Shown: positions 1 to 10,645, numbered from the stretch's first letter. The stretch is 64,000 nucleotides of DNA from an uncultured Candidatus Saccharibacteria bacterium (GCA_964507275.1 CAZDPG010000001.1:20958-84957); one strand, 5' to 3'. Numbers and translations are program-made. The notes: generated by a model not told the origin, from the letters alone.

Positions 1-1
1 T

Positions 2-571
2 GCGCGTGTGCTAGAGACAGGACCTGGTCCAGGCACCTGGACGAAGCTTTTGCTTGAAGCGAACCCGTCTGCTCGGTATACCCTCGTCGATATTTCGCAC
101 GAGATGCTCTCTCGCGCGCAAGGGGCACTCGCAGACCGGACGAACATCGATTTCGTAGAGAGCGACCTTCTTGTGTATGAATCATCGGATCCGTATGATT
201 TCTTCTTCTCTTCACGCGCGATCGAATACATGCCGGACAAGGCGACTGCCGCGCGGAAGATCGCATCGCTACTCGCGCCGGGGGCCACCGGAGCGGTCAT
301 CACGAAGATGCCGAAGGCGTTCTTTGATCGTGTGAGGGGGCGTACCTCCGCGCTCCATGTCGGACAGATTGCGCCCGATGGTTTGGTGTGTCTGCTTGAG
401 CGGGCTGGTCTTATCGTAGAGCGCGTTCGCATCGCGACAGCGACATTTCCCGGCATTGGTTCGGCAACGTTGAACAATTTCGTGTACAGGCTCCTCAAAC
501 AGGTGCCACTTTTCTTCCCACTGTCGCTCTTTGCCGAATCGTATCTCGTTACATTCCGCAAACCAGTATGA
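2..571 (+). CDS. class I SAM-dependent methyltransferase (5' end probably outside window)
   Basis: Motif I 'LETGPGPGT' near the start; open reading frame continues to window edge without stop; Rossmann-fold MTase-like downstream. Confidence 0.55.
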   Translation, partial: ARVLETGPGPGTWTKLLLEANPSARYTLVDISHEMLSRAQGALADRTNIDFVESDLLVYESSDPYDFFFSSRAIEYMPDKATAARKIASLLAPGATGAVITKMPKAFFDRVRGRTSALHVGQIAPDGLVCLLERAGLIVERVRIATATFPGIGSATLNNFVYRLLKQVPLFFPLSLFAESYLVTFRKPV

Positions 572-1125
572 TTATCGAACTTTTCGGTCTTCCGGGTGCA
601 GGCAAATCGACGCTCGCTCGCTCGCTCGAATCGAGCGGCGAGGTATTGCGTGTCCGCATCGGTTCGCGAAGCGAACTTCTCCTTCTGAATCTATTGTTTT
701 TCGTACGCCATCCAATTCGCTCAGTCCTCCTCCTTTCCTATATCATCCGTTATACAGGCTCACTCGCACTCTTCTACACGAAGTTCATGAATCTCTTCCT
801 AGAACACAATGCGAAGTATGAGAAAGCTCGGAAACAGGAAGGGAAGGCGGTCATCGATCAGGGGTATTTCCAGAACCTACTCTCACTGTTCGAGCACCCG
901 ATGTCGGAGGCGGTTCTTTCGCGCTACGCCCGGCTTTTGCCGAAACCAAATGAGCTCTGGGTGTGTGTTGTGAGTGAAGAAGAGAGGCAACGGCGGATTG
1001 CCGAGCGAGGGTATGGGGGAGGGAACGAGGAGCGTTCTGCGCGCGCTCTCGCGGAGAACCTGCAGACCGCAGAAAAGGTGCTTGGGAACCTTCCCGGACT
1101 CACCGTCCGCATGATCGAATCATGA
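568..1125 (+). CDS. P-loop NTPase (Walker A) hypothetical protein
   Basis: 'FGLPGAGKST' Walker A motif at N-terminus; ATGA overlap with upstream gene, so probably co-transcribed. Specific family not recognised. Confidence 0.45.
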   Translation: MIIELFGLPGAGKSTLARSLESSGEVLRVRIGSRSELLLLNLLFFVRHPIRSVLLLSYIIRYTGSLALFYTKFMNLFLEHNAKYEKARKQEGKAVIDQGYFQNLLSLFEHPMSEAVLSRYARLLPKPNELWVCVVSEEERQRRIAERGYGGGNEERSARALAENLQTAEKVLGNLPGLTVRMIES

Positions 1126-1748
1126 ATATGCGCTGGATGCAATCGGATACGTTTTTTGAGGATCGGATACGCCAGATATTCGCGGAGAAGCGGCGTGTGG
1201 TCGATATCGGCGGCGGCTTGCGCATCCTGAAGAAGAAAGGGAACCGCTATGATCCTATCCGAGCCGCGCTCGTACCCTCTCTGGATACGGTCGAGTACCT
1301 CGTCCTCGACCCTGTGGCAGACTACGATCCCGACATCGTCGGGGACATACACGACCTCCCGTTTCCCGACAATTCACAGCCCGCTATCATATGCGAATCG
1401 GTTCTTGAACATGTGGAAGACCCCATCCGTGCGGTCCGCGAGATGCATCGTGTGCTTGAGTCCGGCGGTTATCTCTATGTATACGTCCCCTTCCTCTTCT
1501 ACTACCATGCAGAAAAGACGTATTACAAGGATTACTGGCGCTTCACTAAAGATGCGGTGGAAATGCTCTTCAAAGACTTTTCCAGCGTAGAGATTCAGCG
1601 CGCGAGGGGGCCGATTGAGACGCTTGTGCATTTGAGCCCGCTCGGGCGCATCCCGGGCATCCGTCCTGGCGCGCATATGCTTGACCGGATTCTCGGAAAG
1701 ACTGCGAGTAATCAGGTGAGCGGTTACAGCATCTTCGCCGTAAAATGA
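1122..1748 (+). CDS. class I SAM-dependent methyltransferase
   Basis: 'VVDIGGG' motif I and 'ICESVLEHVEDP' motif typical of Methyltransf_11-type enzymes; ATGA overlap with neighbours. Confidence 0.6.
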   Translation: MNMRWMQSDTFFEDRIRQIFAEKRRVVDIGGGLRILKKKGNRYDPIRAALVPSLDTVEYLVLDPVADYDPDIVGDIHDLPFPDNSQPAIICESVLEHVEDPIRAVREMHRVLESGGYLYVYVPFLFYYHAEKTYYKDYWRFTKDAVEMLFKDFSSVEIQRARGPIETLVHLSPLGRIPGIRPGAHMLDRILGKTASNQVSGYSIFAVK

Positions 1749-1768
1749 ATCAGCAAGGGGCACCTGTC

Positions 1769-2899
1769 ATGAAAAGAAAAAAGATATTAATCGCTATCAA
1801 TTGCATGAACGTCGGAGGAGCACCCTCCGTGGTGCTGGCACATTTACGCTCTTTAGATCGTGAGCGTTTTGAGCCGTGGCTACTTACGTTATACCCAAGC
1901 AAACAGGCGAATTTACTAGCAGAAGCGAGAAAAGAATTGGGAGATAGTCATGTCGTTTCTTTTTCGCTCCGGCGACGGAGTCCTTCCGACCTACCCACTC
2001 TGTGGAGGGTATATCGTTTTCTTAGTCGAGAGAGGTTTGATATTGTAATTACGCACCTGTTCCTCTCCAACTTGATTGTGCGTCCTCTTGCTTTCGTTGC
2101 CGGTTCCAGAAACGTCATGTCGTATGAACATAGTGTATATCCGCACAAATCCAGATGGCAGATACTTGTCGATCGACTATTAGCACATATCACCCGTACT
2201 ATCATCGTTCCATCGAAACATATTGCGGAATTCACTTCCAAGCAAGAGGATATCCCACTTTCGTTCTTTACTGTTGTGCCTAATCCCATTTCGTATATAG
2301 ACGTTGAAGCTGTGAATCGAAGGGCTCTTATCGAAATGTCTGGAGCTGAAGGAAGAAGTCCGATTGTCGTCTCAATCGGGAGGTTTTCGGAGGAAAAAGG
2401 GCACAAATTTCTTTTAGAGGCTGCTGCTTTAACTAGAAAGAGTCTTCCCAACGCGCTGTTTTTAATAATTGGACACGGACACCTCGAGACAACATTGCGA
2501 CAAGAGTGTGAAAAGCTTACTGTTGGTGACAGGGTAAGGATATTGGCACTGCCGCATCAAGCGCGGGAGTTCCTTCTTATAGCGGATCTTTTTGTGCTTC
2601 CTTCCTTACGAGAAGGGCAGTCCTTGACGTTGCTTGAGGCATTATATGCTGGTGTTCCTGTTGTAACTACGTCTGCTGGCGGGACAGTGGAGATGGTGAC
2701 TAATGAGATAACCGCTCTGTTAACAGTCCCTGGTGACGCCCGCGATCTTGCGGATGGTATTGTGCGGCTTGCTTCAGATGCTAAACTGCGTCAAACGCTT
2801 ATCGATAATGGAAAACGAATGGTGAGAGAGGGTTATGTCTGGCAAAGCGCCGCTGCTTTCAAGAAACTTTTTGAAGTCAGCGTTACAGAGAATAATTAA
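1769..2899 (+). CDS. glycosyltransferase family 4
   Basis: C-terminal 'EGQSLTLLEALYAGVPVVTT' EX7E motif of GT4 retaining glycosyltransferases; start chosen at MKRKKIL (ORF opens at 1745). Confidence 0.75.
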   Translation: MKRKKILIAINCMNVGGAPSVVLAHLRSLDRERFEPWLLTLYPSKQANLLAEARKELGDSHVVSFSLRRRSPSDLPTLWRVYRFLSRERFDIVITHLFLSNLIVRPLAFVAGSRNVMSYEHSVYPHKSRWQILVDRLLAHITRTIIVPSKHIAEFTSKQEDIPLSFFTVVPNPISYIDVEAVNRRALIEMSGAEGRSPIVVSIGRFSEEKGHKFLLEAAALTRKSLPNALFLIIGHGHLETTLRQECEKLTVGDRVRILALPHQAREFLLIADLFVLPSLREGQSLTLLEALYAGVPVVTTSAGGTVEMVTNEITALLTVPGDARDLADGIVRLASDAKLRQTLIDNGKRMVREGYVWQSAAAFKKLFEVSVTENN

Positions 2900-2904
2900 C
2901 TTCT

Positions 2905-3654
2905 ATGAATAGAATGAATTCCGAGTTTACTCCGCATCAAGTAGAATGGACATCTGAAAAGGTAAAAAGATTCTGGGATTATTTTGTAACGAATGAACAG
3001 TTACTGGAGCTAGCAGCCTCCAATACCATTGGCGATGGGGTCATTGAATTGTGCAAGCCGTATCTTAGGCACGATGCTCGAATGTTAGATTTCGGATGCG
3101 GTGGCGGAGGGCTGATTGGCAAGCTTATAGAGAAGGGTTTCCCAGTTGAAGGATGCGACTCCTCAGAAGCTTCTGTTGAAACCACGAGAAGGCGTTTTGG
3201 CAGTCAACCCCTTTTTAAGGGGGCATTCTTATCTGGAGCTCCGGCCGCATCTAACATTTCAGACGCGACTTATGATTTCATTTTTTCTCTTGAAATGATA
3301 GAGCATCTTTTACCCGATGAAATAGATGCGACATTCCGGGAGTTTTCCAGAATCTTGAAACCAGGAGGTTATCTCCTCGTCTCTACCCCGAATGGAGAGC
3401 GTCTTGAGAAATATAAAGTGATTTGTCCAGATTGCGGAGCGATTTTCCATCGAGTGCAACATCTTAATTCATATACTCCAAAACGACTTAGTGAAATCGG
3501 GTCTTCTGCTGGGCTAGCGCCAATCCTGAATTGGACCGGACTGCTTACCCCGCAGGGCACATGGATTGACTCTCTAAAGAAGACCATTCGTCGGTTATTG
3601 CCAAGCACTAATAAATTTGCGCCACACTTGATATATATAGGGCAAAAACAGTGA
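2905..3654 (+). CDS. class I SAM-dependent methyltransferase
   Basis: 'LDFGCGGGGL' motif I and 'LKPGGYLLVSTPN' post-I motif. Confidence 0.6.
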   Translation: MNRMNSEFTPHQVEWTSEKVKRFWDYFVTNEQLLELAASNTIGDGVIELCKPYLRHDARMLDFGCGGGGLIGKLIEKGFPVEGCDSSEASVETTRRRFGSQPLFKGAFLSGAPAASNISDATYDFIFSLEMIEHLLPDEIDATFREFSRILKPGGYLLVSTPNGERLEKYKVICPDCGAIFHRVQHLNSYTPKRLSEIGSSAGLAPILNWTGLLTPQGTWIDSLKKTIRRLLPSTNKFAPHLIYIGQKQ

Positions 3655-3767
3655 CGGGTGGTTATGGCGCAAAAGTTGAGACGATAACGTATCATGAACA
3701 CCCAACCTTATCGCAAGCATCTCATTCGTAGCCTCGGGAAACTGAATCTTGAATGTAAGGCTATGTC

Positions 3768-4499
3768 ATGCCTGTAGACATGGTTCCTTTCGAATTCAAA
3801 CGGATGTTTCGAACACGGTGGATCTGGTTCTCTCCGCCATTCGAAGTTGCGAATGTTGATGAAGCAGTATTTCTCGAGTATCGCGCCGGCGAGTACCCAG
3901 GGTTTCGCAGGAAGGAGGGCACGACGAGTATCATCGACCTTACCAAAAGCGAAGAGGAGCTCTGGGAGGCGATGCGCGACAAATTCATCCGAAAGCAGAT
4001 TCGTCGCGGGGAGATTTCGGGTATTGTGGTTCGCGAGGGAACACTCGCTGATTTCATGCCTCTGTATCGCTCTCTCCGTGAGGGCAAGCGTCTTGAGGCC
4101 AGTGACCTTAGGCCGATTGCGCAAGCTGGGCGCATCCTGGTTGCATGGTTCAGTGGCAGACCTATTGCCGGAGGATTATTCGTCGGGGACGGAGTATCGG
4201 TGCGTGCCTATGCACTTGCATCGACACGATTTGCGACGCAAGTCGGTCATGACCGCGAAATCACTGGATACGGAAGTCGCATGCTATTGTGGGAGGCGAT
4301 GCGCATGTTCAAGCGGGAGGGATACCGGATGCTTGACCTTGGAGGGATCAGTCCGGATTCGGCTCGCCCAGAAGACCGCTCTCTCGTCGAATTCAAAGAA
4401 GCGTTCGGCGGCGTTCGTACCCCGCAGTACTTCTACCGCAAGACCTACTCGCCGCTCCTGCGGTCGCTCCGCCGGCTCCGGTCATTTTTACGTATATGA
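3768..4499 (+). CDS. FemAB-family (GNAT-fold) acyl/aminoacyl-transferase-like protein
   Basis: Central and C-terminal pattern ending in 'LVEFKEAFGG' resembles FemAB/Acetyltransf_6 proteins that sit in exopolysaccharide loci next to DUF3473 deacetylases. Confidence 0.5.
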   Translation: MPVDMVPFEFKRMFRTRWIWFSPPFEVANVDEAVFLEYRAGEYPGFRRKEGTTSIIDLTKSEEELWEAMRDKFIRKQIRRGEISGIVVREGTLADFMPLYRSLREGKRLEASDLRPIAQAGRILVAWFSGRPIAGGLFVGDGVSVRAYALASTRFATQVGHDREITGYGSRMLLWEAMRMFKREGYRMLDLGGISPDSARPEDRSLVEFKEAFGGVRTPQYFYRKTYSPLLRSLRRLRSFLRI

Positions 4500-5416
4500 A
4501 ATTCATCGTCACTGTCGATACAGAAGCTGATGACCAATGGTCCGGGACCGGTGATGCGACGCTTCGCAATCTCGAGGGGCTCGCTCGGTTCCAATCATTC
4601 ATGCATGAACGAGGAGTACCGCCGACGTACCTGGCTTCTTTCGAGACGCTTGCGCACCCGATGCTTCAGAATCTTGCGCGCGCCCATGCGGAAGGAGTGG
4701 CTGAAATAGGGGGGCATCTGCACCCTTGGACGACGCCGCCTCTTGATGCCGGTGACTGTGTCCAGCGTTTCCCGCTCGAACTCCCAGACGACGTGCTGGA
4801 AGGGAAGCTTGCGACGCTCACCTCCGCGCTCACAGAGCTCCTCGGCGAGCAACCATTGTCTTTCCGGGCTGGGCGGTGGGGCGCGGATAATCGTGTGCTC
4901 CACGCAGTGGCTCGTCAGGGGTATCGCGTCGACTCATCGGTCACGCCTTTCATACGATGGCGAGATGTCGTGCGTGATGCCGAGGCGCACACCGCCATTC
5001 CAGATTTCTCACGAGTAAGCCCTAAGCCCGCTCTTGTCCCGGGTACCGACCTTTTCGAAGTACCTATGTCGGTCATCGCTGCGGGAGCATTGCCCTCTGC
5101 GACCCTTGCTTCGTATGGTCAGAGACGCACTACCCTTGGTCGCGTCGCCCGGGCACTTTCGCGGCCGCGGTGGTGCCGCATATTCCCCGAGACGCGTGCA
5201 CGCGATCTCGAGGCCGTGTATCGGGCCGCGCTTCGGCAAGAGCTTCCCATACTCGTCTTCATGATCCACTCCTCAGAACTCGTCGCAGGCATGAGCCCGT
5301 ATGCGAAGACCGAGAGCGCCGTGGAGCATATCTACGAGCTTCTCGGCGGATTCCTTGCACTCCTGAAAAAAGAGAACGTGCAGGCGGTGCGCATGCGTGA
5401 CGTACATCCGCTATGA
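4496..5416 (+). CDS. polysaccharide deacetylase-like protein (DUF3473/CE4-like)
   Basis: N-terminus 'FIVTVDTEADDQW' resembles the 'DVEDWF' start of PEP-CTERM-locus polysaccharide deacetylases; adjacent to the FemAB-like gene as in known EPS loci. Inference from motifs only. Confidence 0.4.
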   Translation: MKFIVTVDTEADDQWSGTGDATLRNLEGLARFQSFMHERGVPPTYLASFETLAHPMLQNLARAHAEGVAEIGGHLHPWTTPPLDAGDCVQRFPLELPDDVLEGKLATLTSALTELLGEQPLSFRAGRWGADNRVLHAVARQGYRVDSSVTPFIRWRDVVRDAEAHTAIPDFSRVSPKPALVPGTDLFEVPMSVIAAGALPSATLASYGQRRTTLGRVARALSRPRWCRIFPETRARDLEAVYRAALRQELPILVFMIHSSELVAGMSPYAKTESAVEHIYELLGGFLALLKKENVQAVRMRDVHPL

Positions 5417-6522
5417 AAGAATTAAGACCCCGTCTTACGTATCTTACGTGCGCGAGGATGCCGACCGAAAAAGCGCACGGTATCTCGATTGCGCACATGT
5501 GTGCGGCGTTCGCGGCGGAAGGGGGCCATGTCAAGCTCGTTGTCCCGACTCGTCGCAACCTAATTGTTGAAGACGTTTTTTCTTATTACGGCGTACCACA
5601 ATCGTTTTCAGTCCGCCTAATCTCCTCGATCGATTTTGTCGGTCGGGGATGGACGCACCCGTTCTTCTTTTTTATCCAACGGCTCTGCTTCGTCCGTGCT
5701 GCGCGCCGAGCCGGTATCGATCGCGGGATCATCTATACTCGGGAGCCGGAGATAGTAGCAGCATTCGCAGAGACGCACACGGTTGTCTACGAAGCGCATC
5801 GCTGGCCTCGCGGTTTCGCCGGGTGGCTCACCGCGCTTTTCATCCGCAAGGCGGCACTCGTCGTGTGCAATTCGCACGGCACCGAATCTGCGGTGCGCAA
5901 GGCGGGGATACCGCAGACGATTGTCGCGCCGAATGGATTCGATCCGGCGCTCTTTGCACAGCCAGTCCCCGACCGTTCCGTACTGAGCCTTCCTGAAGGC
6001 GTTGTAGCGCTCTACGTCGGTTCCGCCGCTCCCTGGAAGGGAATTGGCATCGTGCGAGCGGCCGCGCGAGAGCTTACGGCAAGCGGCGTTTCCATAGCAA
6101 TCGTCGGGAATGATGCGCCTGTAGAACGCGAAGGCGTGCTGGTCGAGCTTGGTCGCATCTCCCCATGCCGTGTTCCTGCATATCTGCAGAGCGCAGACAT
6201 CCTTCTTTTGCCGAATACGAAGGTGAGTGAAGAGTCCGAACGCTTCACCTCCCCGATAAAGCTCTTCGAATATCTTGCCGCAGGGAAGGCGATTGTCGCG
6301 TCGGACCTCCCGTCTATCCGCGAGATTCTCGGGCCGGATGATGCGCTCTTTGTGCCGCCCGGCGACGCGCTCGCGCTCGCGTCTGCTATCGGGCGGCTCG
6401 CGGCTGACGAGACGGCACGAACTGCCCTTGCGGAGCGGTCTCGTGCGCTCGCCTTGCGCTACACGTGGCAGGCACGGGCGAAATGTGTTATCCATACCCT
6501 GAACATACATGGTCATGAATAG
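5413..6522 (+). CDS. glycosyltransferase family 4
   Basis: 'ERFTSPIKLFEYLAAGKAIVASD' EX7E motif; GT-B fold length. Confidence 0.7.
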   Translation: MKELRPRLTYLTCARMPTEKAHGISIAHMCAAFAAEGGHVKLVVPTRRNLIVEDVFSYYGVPQSFSVRLISSIDFVGRGWTHPFFFFIQRLCFVRAARRAGIDRGIIYTREPEIVAAFAETHTVVYEAHRWPRGFAGWLTALFIRKAALVVCNSHGTESAVRKAGIPQTIVAPNGFDPALFAQPVPDRSVLSLPEGVVALYVGSAAPWKGIGIVRAAARELTASGVSIAIVGNDAPVEREGVLVELGRISPCRVPAYLQSADILLLPNTKVSEESERFTSPIKLFEYLAAGKAIVASDLPSIREILGPDDALFVPPGDALALASAIGRLAADETARTALAERSRALALRYTWQARAKCVIHTLNIHGHE

Positions 6523-6919
6523 CACCCCTCAAACATCGATTGTAATTTTATTACCAAGGGATCGTATGATACTTCAGTTTCGCGATGAACACGCACCATC
6601 GTATCCACTTTCGTTTGCTAACTGGGGTGGTTCTGTAGAAGAGGGAGAGACGGCAGTTGAAGGTGCATGCCGGGAATTAGCAGAGGAGCTCAGTTTAGGG
6701 GTTGATCCTACAGAATTGATTCATATTTCCAACGGCGTTTTCAAGGGCATTCCTCGGGACATATTTTTGCTCCAGAGAGACGTGCAACTTTCAAATCTTC
6801 GTCTTGGCGAAGGGGCTGGCTTTGTATGTGTGCCGCGCACGGCTCTCAAGAACATCCCCATGAATGATATTCTTGAAGATGATCTCAAGAAACTTGACGA
6901 ATATTTTTCACGCTTATGA
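6509..6919 (+). CDS. NUDIX hydrolase
   Basis: Nudix box 'GGSVEEGETAVEGACRELAEELSL' (GX5EX7REUXEEXGU). Confidence 0.65.
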   Translation: MVMNSTPQTSIVILLPRDRMILQFRDEHAPSYPLSFANWGGSVEEGETAVEGACRELAEELSLGVDPTELIHISNGVFKGIPRDIFLLQRDVQLSNLRLGEGAGFVCVPRTALKNIPMNDILEDDLKKLDEYFSRL

Positions 6920-7992
6920 TTATCTGTTATTTTGGCGACTACGATCCCTCTTATAACCGCACTGCGGTGCTTTTGAAAGGGCTTGAGCAGGCTGGCGTGA
7001 GCGTGCTTCACTGCAATGTCCGCGGAAAGAGCGGCATCAATCTCTACAGAGAGCTTTGGAAACAGCACCAAGCGCTGAAAGGGAAGTATGACATGCTCTT
7101 CGTCGGTCTTGGGAATGCGCGCCTCATGCCAACTTTTGCGCACTTCATAAGCTCAAAACCAGTGGTGTGGGAACCCTTGTTCGCACTCTATGACAACTGG
7201 GTCTTTGATCGCAAATATGTAAAACCACATTCACTAAAAGCCTATAAGCTTTGGTTTGTGGATTGGCTTGGTTGTCAACTTGCCGACCTTGTCGTCCTCG
7301 ACGTTGATACGCACGCACGCTTCTTTCAAAACCTTTTTAATCTCCCAGCGAGGAAACTCTCGCACGCATTGGTGGGTGCCGATACTGACATCTTCTACCC
7401 GCGAGAACGAACACAGCACTCGGGGGATTTTGAAGTAGAATTTCATGGGAAGTACATTCCCCTTCATGGTGCGGAAACAATTGTACGCGCCGCAAAGTTA
7501 CTAGAGGATGAAAATGTCCATTTTACTATGATTGGAGATGGGCAAGACGCTTTGAAGACGAAGGCGTTAGCGCGGGATCTCGGGCTTAAGAATGTTACCT
7601 TCCTTCCGTTCATGTTAGAGAGCGAAATCACTTCATACATCGCGAATGCTGATGTGTGCACCGCTATGCTTGGGGATGTGCCGCGCGTAACACGGTCTAT
7701 CCCAAACAAGATGTATCAAGCAGCCGCCATGGCGCGCGTATCGATCAACGTCGATTCTTCGTCGTTGCGTGAAGTATTCACCCCAGGTATTGATGCTGTG
7801 GTCGCGAAATGCGGCGATCCTGAAGATCTTGCGCGCGCGATACGAGAATTAAAGAAAAGCGGTCGTGCTCATGAGATGGGCCAGGCGGCATATGAGACTT
7901 TCCAGAGAATTGCGACGCCGAAATTGATCGGGGAGCGGTTAGTAGCTGATCTGGAAAAGCGCTTTTCAAATGCGGGGCGTTCTTTGTCATGA
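6916..7992 (+). CDS. glycosyltransferase (GT-B fold, GT1/GT4-like)
   Basis: Length and C-terminal domain pattern of GT-B enzymes; sits inside the glycosyltransferase operon. Family assignment uncertain. Confidence 0.5.
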   Translation: MIICYFGDYDPSYNRTAVLLKGLEQAGVSVLHCNVRGKSGINLYRELWKQHQALKGKYDMLFVGLGNARLMPTFAHFISSKPVVWEPLFALYDNWVFDRKYVKPHSLKAYKLWFVDWLGCQLADLVVLDVDTHARFFQNLFNLPARKLSHALVGADTDIFYPRERTQHSGDFEVEFHGKYIPLHGAETIVRAAKLLEDENVHFTMIGDGQDALKTKALARDLGLKNVTFLPFMLESEITSYIANADVCTAMLGDVPRVTRSIPNKMYQAAAMARVSINVDSSSLREVFTPGIDAVVAKCGDPEDLARAIRELKKSGRAHEMGQAAYETFQRIATPKLIGERLVADLEKRFSNAGRSLS

Positions 7993-8046
7993 AGGAACTG
8001 AAACCTTGTTGGGTCGTGCGAAGGTTAGTATTTAGAACTGGAATCC

Positions 8047-8997
8047 ATGGAAGATTTTAAGGGGAAAAACATTATGATTACCGGTGCCGGCGGATTCATC
8101 GGCTCCGCTATCGTGCGACGGTTGGTGACTCTTGGCGCGCAGGTACATGCCATTATTCGGCCAGGGAGTGACCAATTAAGGCTTACGGAGGTTGTAAGCG
8201 ATATAACGATACGTGAGGTTGACATCACGGATCAGCTGGAAATGGAGAACACCCTTTCAGAAATCGCCCCGCAAGGTATATTTCATCTCGCAGCAACAAG
8301 TCAAAGGTTCGGGTTTGTTCCATCCATCGACGCGCTCATCGATACGAACATTCGCGCTACGATTAAATTGATGGATAAGACGGAAGCGTCCACATTCTTC
8401 GTTAACACGGACACCTTTGCTGTGGTGGGAGGGAAACAAACCCCATTGCGAGAAGATGACGCGTTAGAACCGACTGAATTTTATGGTATCTCGCGGATTC
8501 CGGCCACTCTTTATGGGGGAGTCCTTGGTCGGATACATGCGAAACCGATCGTTACCGTGCGCGTCTTTACCCCATACGGCCCATTTGTTCAGAAGGGGAA
8601 ACTCCCTTATGAAGTGATTACTCGTGCACTTTCGAACACAAATATAGATCTCACAAGACCCGAGGTGACACGAGATTTCATTTATATAGATGATCTTGTC
8701 GAGCTTTACCTACGTGCGGGAACACACGCCAAGAAATACCCCGGACACGTGTTTAATGGAGGGGGAGGCAAGGCAGTCACGCTTGAAGAATTCTCGAGTC
8801 TTGTTCAGGAAGAGACATGCTCTGAAAGTGTGGTACGATGGAGCGGTACCGCGGTCTCGTACGACTCGGGGCGTTCTGAAGCTGACCTCACGAAGGTTCG
8901 GAATCTCCTTGGATGGAATCCGTCGACGTCGCTTCGCGACGGCGTCCGAGAAACTATTGAATGGTTCCGTACCCATTCGGATTATTGGCGTTCCTAA
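8047..8997 (+). CDS. NAD-dependent epimerase/dehydratase (SDR family)
   Basis: N-terminal 'ITGAGGFIGSAIVRRL' Rossmann motif; size typical of nucleotide-sugar epimerases/reductases. Confidence 0.65.
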   Translation: MEDFKGKNIMITGAGGFIGSAIVRRLVTLGAQVHAIIRPGSDQLRLTEVVSDITIREVDITDQLEMENTLSEIAPQGIFHLAATSQRFGFVPSIDALIDTNIRATIKLMDKTEASTFFVNTDTFAVVGGKQTPLREDDALEPTEFYGISRIPATLYGGVLGRIHAKPIVTVRVFTPYGPFVQKGKLPYEVITRALSNTNIDLTRPEVTRDFIYIDDLVELYLRAGTHAKKYPGHVFNGGGGKAVTLEEFSSLVQEETCSESVVRWSGTAVSYDSGRSEADLTKVRNLLGWNPSTSLRDGVRETIEWFRTHSDYWRS

Positions 8998-10050
8998 ATG
9001 TTGCATATGAAAAACATCTTAGTCACAGGTGGCTGCGGTTTTATCGGATCAAATTTCGTGCATTACCTGTACGATAAATATCCAGATTATCGCATCTTTG
9101 TTCTCGACATCCTTACATACGCTGGTAACCCTGAAAACCTTGCGGATATAGAAGCAAGAGAGATTAACCTCCCAGAAGGGAGGGGGCGATATGTATTCGT
9201 CAAGGGAGACGTGAGCGATGAAGATATGCTGCATGATCTTTTTGAGAAAAACAAATTTGAGTTCGTGTACCATTTCGCCGCAGAAAGTCATGTAGATCGT
9301 TCTTTTTTTAACTTTTCAAATTTCGTCCAGACGAACATAGAAGGAGCTCTATTGCTCGCCATGATGGTTCAGCGTTATGGGGGGACAATGGTGCAGATTT
9401 CCACAGATGAAGTTTATGGGTCTATTCCTGAGGAACAGGGGTTTGTCACGGAGGATGCTCCTTTTTACCCGGCTAATCCATATGCCAGCTCCAAAGCCGC
9501 GGCAGACATGTTGCTCCAGAGTTACATGAAGACGTCAAAAATCTCATTGCGCATCGTGCGAGCGACGAATAATTATGGTCCATACCAATATCCGGAAAAG
9601 CTCATCCCCCTCGGTATCACTAATTTGCTAGAAGGAAAGAAGATACCATTGCACGGCTCAGGAGAACACTTGCGACAGTGGTTACATGTTCGCGATTTTT
9701 GCGCGGCGATAGATCTAGTGTCCCTTCAGGGCGAAGAGAATGGCATTTACAATGTTGCTGGTGAGCACGAATCAAATATAGACGTGTTGCGTCTCATTGC
9801 TCAGCATCTCAATAAAGATCTAGAAGAAAACCTGGATCACGTATCGGATCGTCCAAATCCTGATATGCGATACGCAATCGATTCCTCGAAACTTGAAGCG
9901 CTCGGATGGAAACGCGAGCGTTCGTTTAGAGAAGAATTGCCTAAGGTTATTGAGTGGTATAGAGAGAATGAGGAGTGGTGGAAGAAGCTCAAGAGAAAGA
10001 AGGAATACATAATGCATTATGAGCTTCAGTCAAAAGCAAAGTTTTACTAA
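8998..10050 (+). CDS. rfbB: dTDP-glucose 4,6-dehydratase
   Basis: 'ILVTGGCGFIGSNFV' plus 'YASSKAAADMLLQSY' YxxxK catalytic motif; overall RmlB-like sequence. Confidence 0.85.
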   Translation: MLHMKNILVTGGCGFIGSNFVHYLYDKYPDYRIFVLDILTYAGNPENLADIEAREINLPEGRGRYVFVKGDVSDEDMLHDLFEKNKFEFVYHFAAESHVDRSFFNFSNFVQTNIEGALLLAMMVQRYGGTMVQISTDEVYGSIPEEQGFVTEDAPFYPANPYASSKAAADMLLQSYMKTSKISLRIVRATNNYGPYQYPEKLIPLGITNLLEGKKIPLHGSGEHLRQWLHVRDFCAAIDLVSLQGEENGIYNVAGEHESNIDVLRLIAQHLNKDLEENLDHVSDRPNPDMRYAIDSSKLEALGWKRERSFREELPKVIEWYRENEEWWKKLKRKKEYIMHYELQSKAKFY

Positions 10051-10060
10051 ACATATCACC

Positions 10061-10633
10061 ATGAAAGTCGAGACGTCATCGATGGAGGGAATGCTCGTAC
10101 TCACGCCGGATATTCATTCGGACGCTCGTGGGTTCTTTATGGAAACATATCATGACGAGCGATATCAGAAGTGCGGTGTGCAGGAAGTTTTTGTTCAGGA
10201 CAACCACTCACATTCAGTGCAAAATGTGATACGGGGATTGAAGTTCCAATACTCCGCTCCAACAGCGAAACTCATTCGAGTTGCCTACGGCACTATATTT
10301 GCTGTCGGTGTCGACATACGCCCATCTTCGTCGACATTTGGGAAATGGGAGGGAATAGAGCTTTCAAGTGAAAATAAACGACAGCTTTATCTGCCATTCG
10401 GCTTTGCATTCGGCTTCTGTGCTATCTCAAAAGAGGCGGGGGTCCTCTATAAACTCTCGGCGGTACATGATGAACAGGGAAGTGGGACTATTCGATGGGA
10501 TGATTCTGACATTGGTATTGTTTGGCCGACGACAACGCCCATCGTTTCGCCTGCCGATGCCGCGGCCCCTACGTTAAAGGAAATGATCGCTGGCGGGACC
10601 ATAGAAAGAATGCGCCCGGCTTCGTCCGAGTAG
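10061..10633 (+). CDS. rfbC: dTDP-4-dehydrorhamnose 3,5-epimerase
   Basis: 'RGFFMETYHDERYQKCGV...QDNHSHSVQNVIRGLKFQ' is RmlC cupin-fold signature; start taken at MKVETS (ORF opens at 10019, overlapping rfbB). Confidence 0.8.
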   Translation: MKVETSSMEGMLVLTPDIHSDARGFFMETYHDERYQKCGVQEVFVQDNHSHSVQNVIRGLKFQYSAPTAKLIRVAYGTIFAVGVDIRPSSSTFGKWEGIELSSENKRQLYLPFGFAFGFCAISKEAGVLYKLSAVHDEQGSGTIRWDDSDIGIVWPTTTPIVSPADAAAPTLKEMIAGGTIERMRPASSE

Positions 10634-10645
10634 GTCTGTATATTT

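Noticed and set aside
5617-6525. 302-aa minus-strand ORF antisense to the GT4 gene at 5413-6522
   Set aside because: Arg/Pro-rich, low-complexity translation typical of a high-GC antisense frame. The sense-strand glycosyltransferase has clear motifs.
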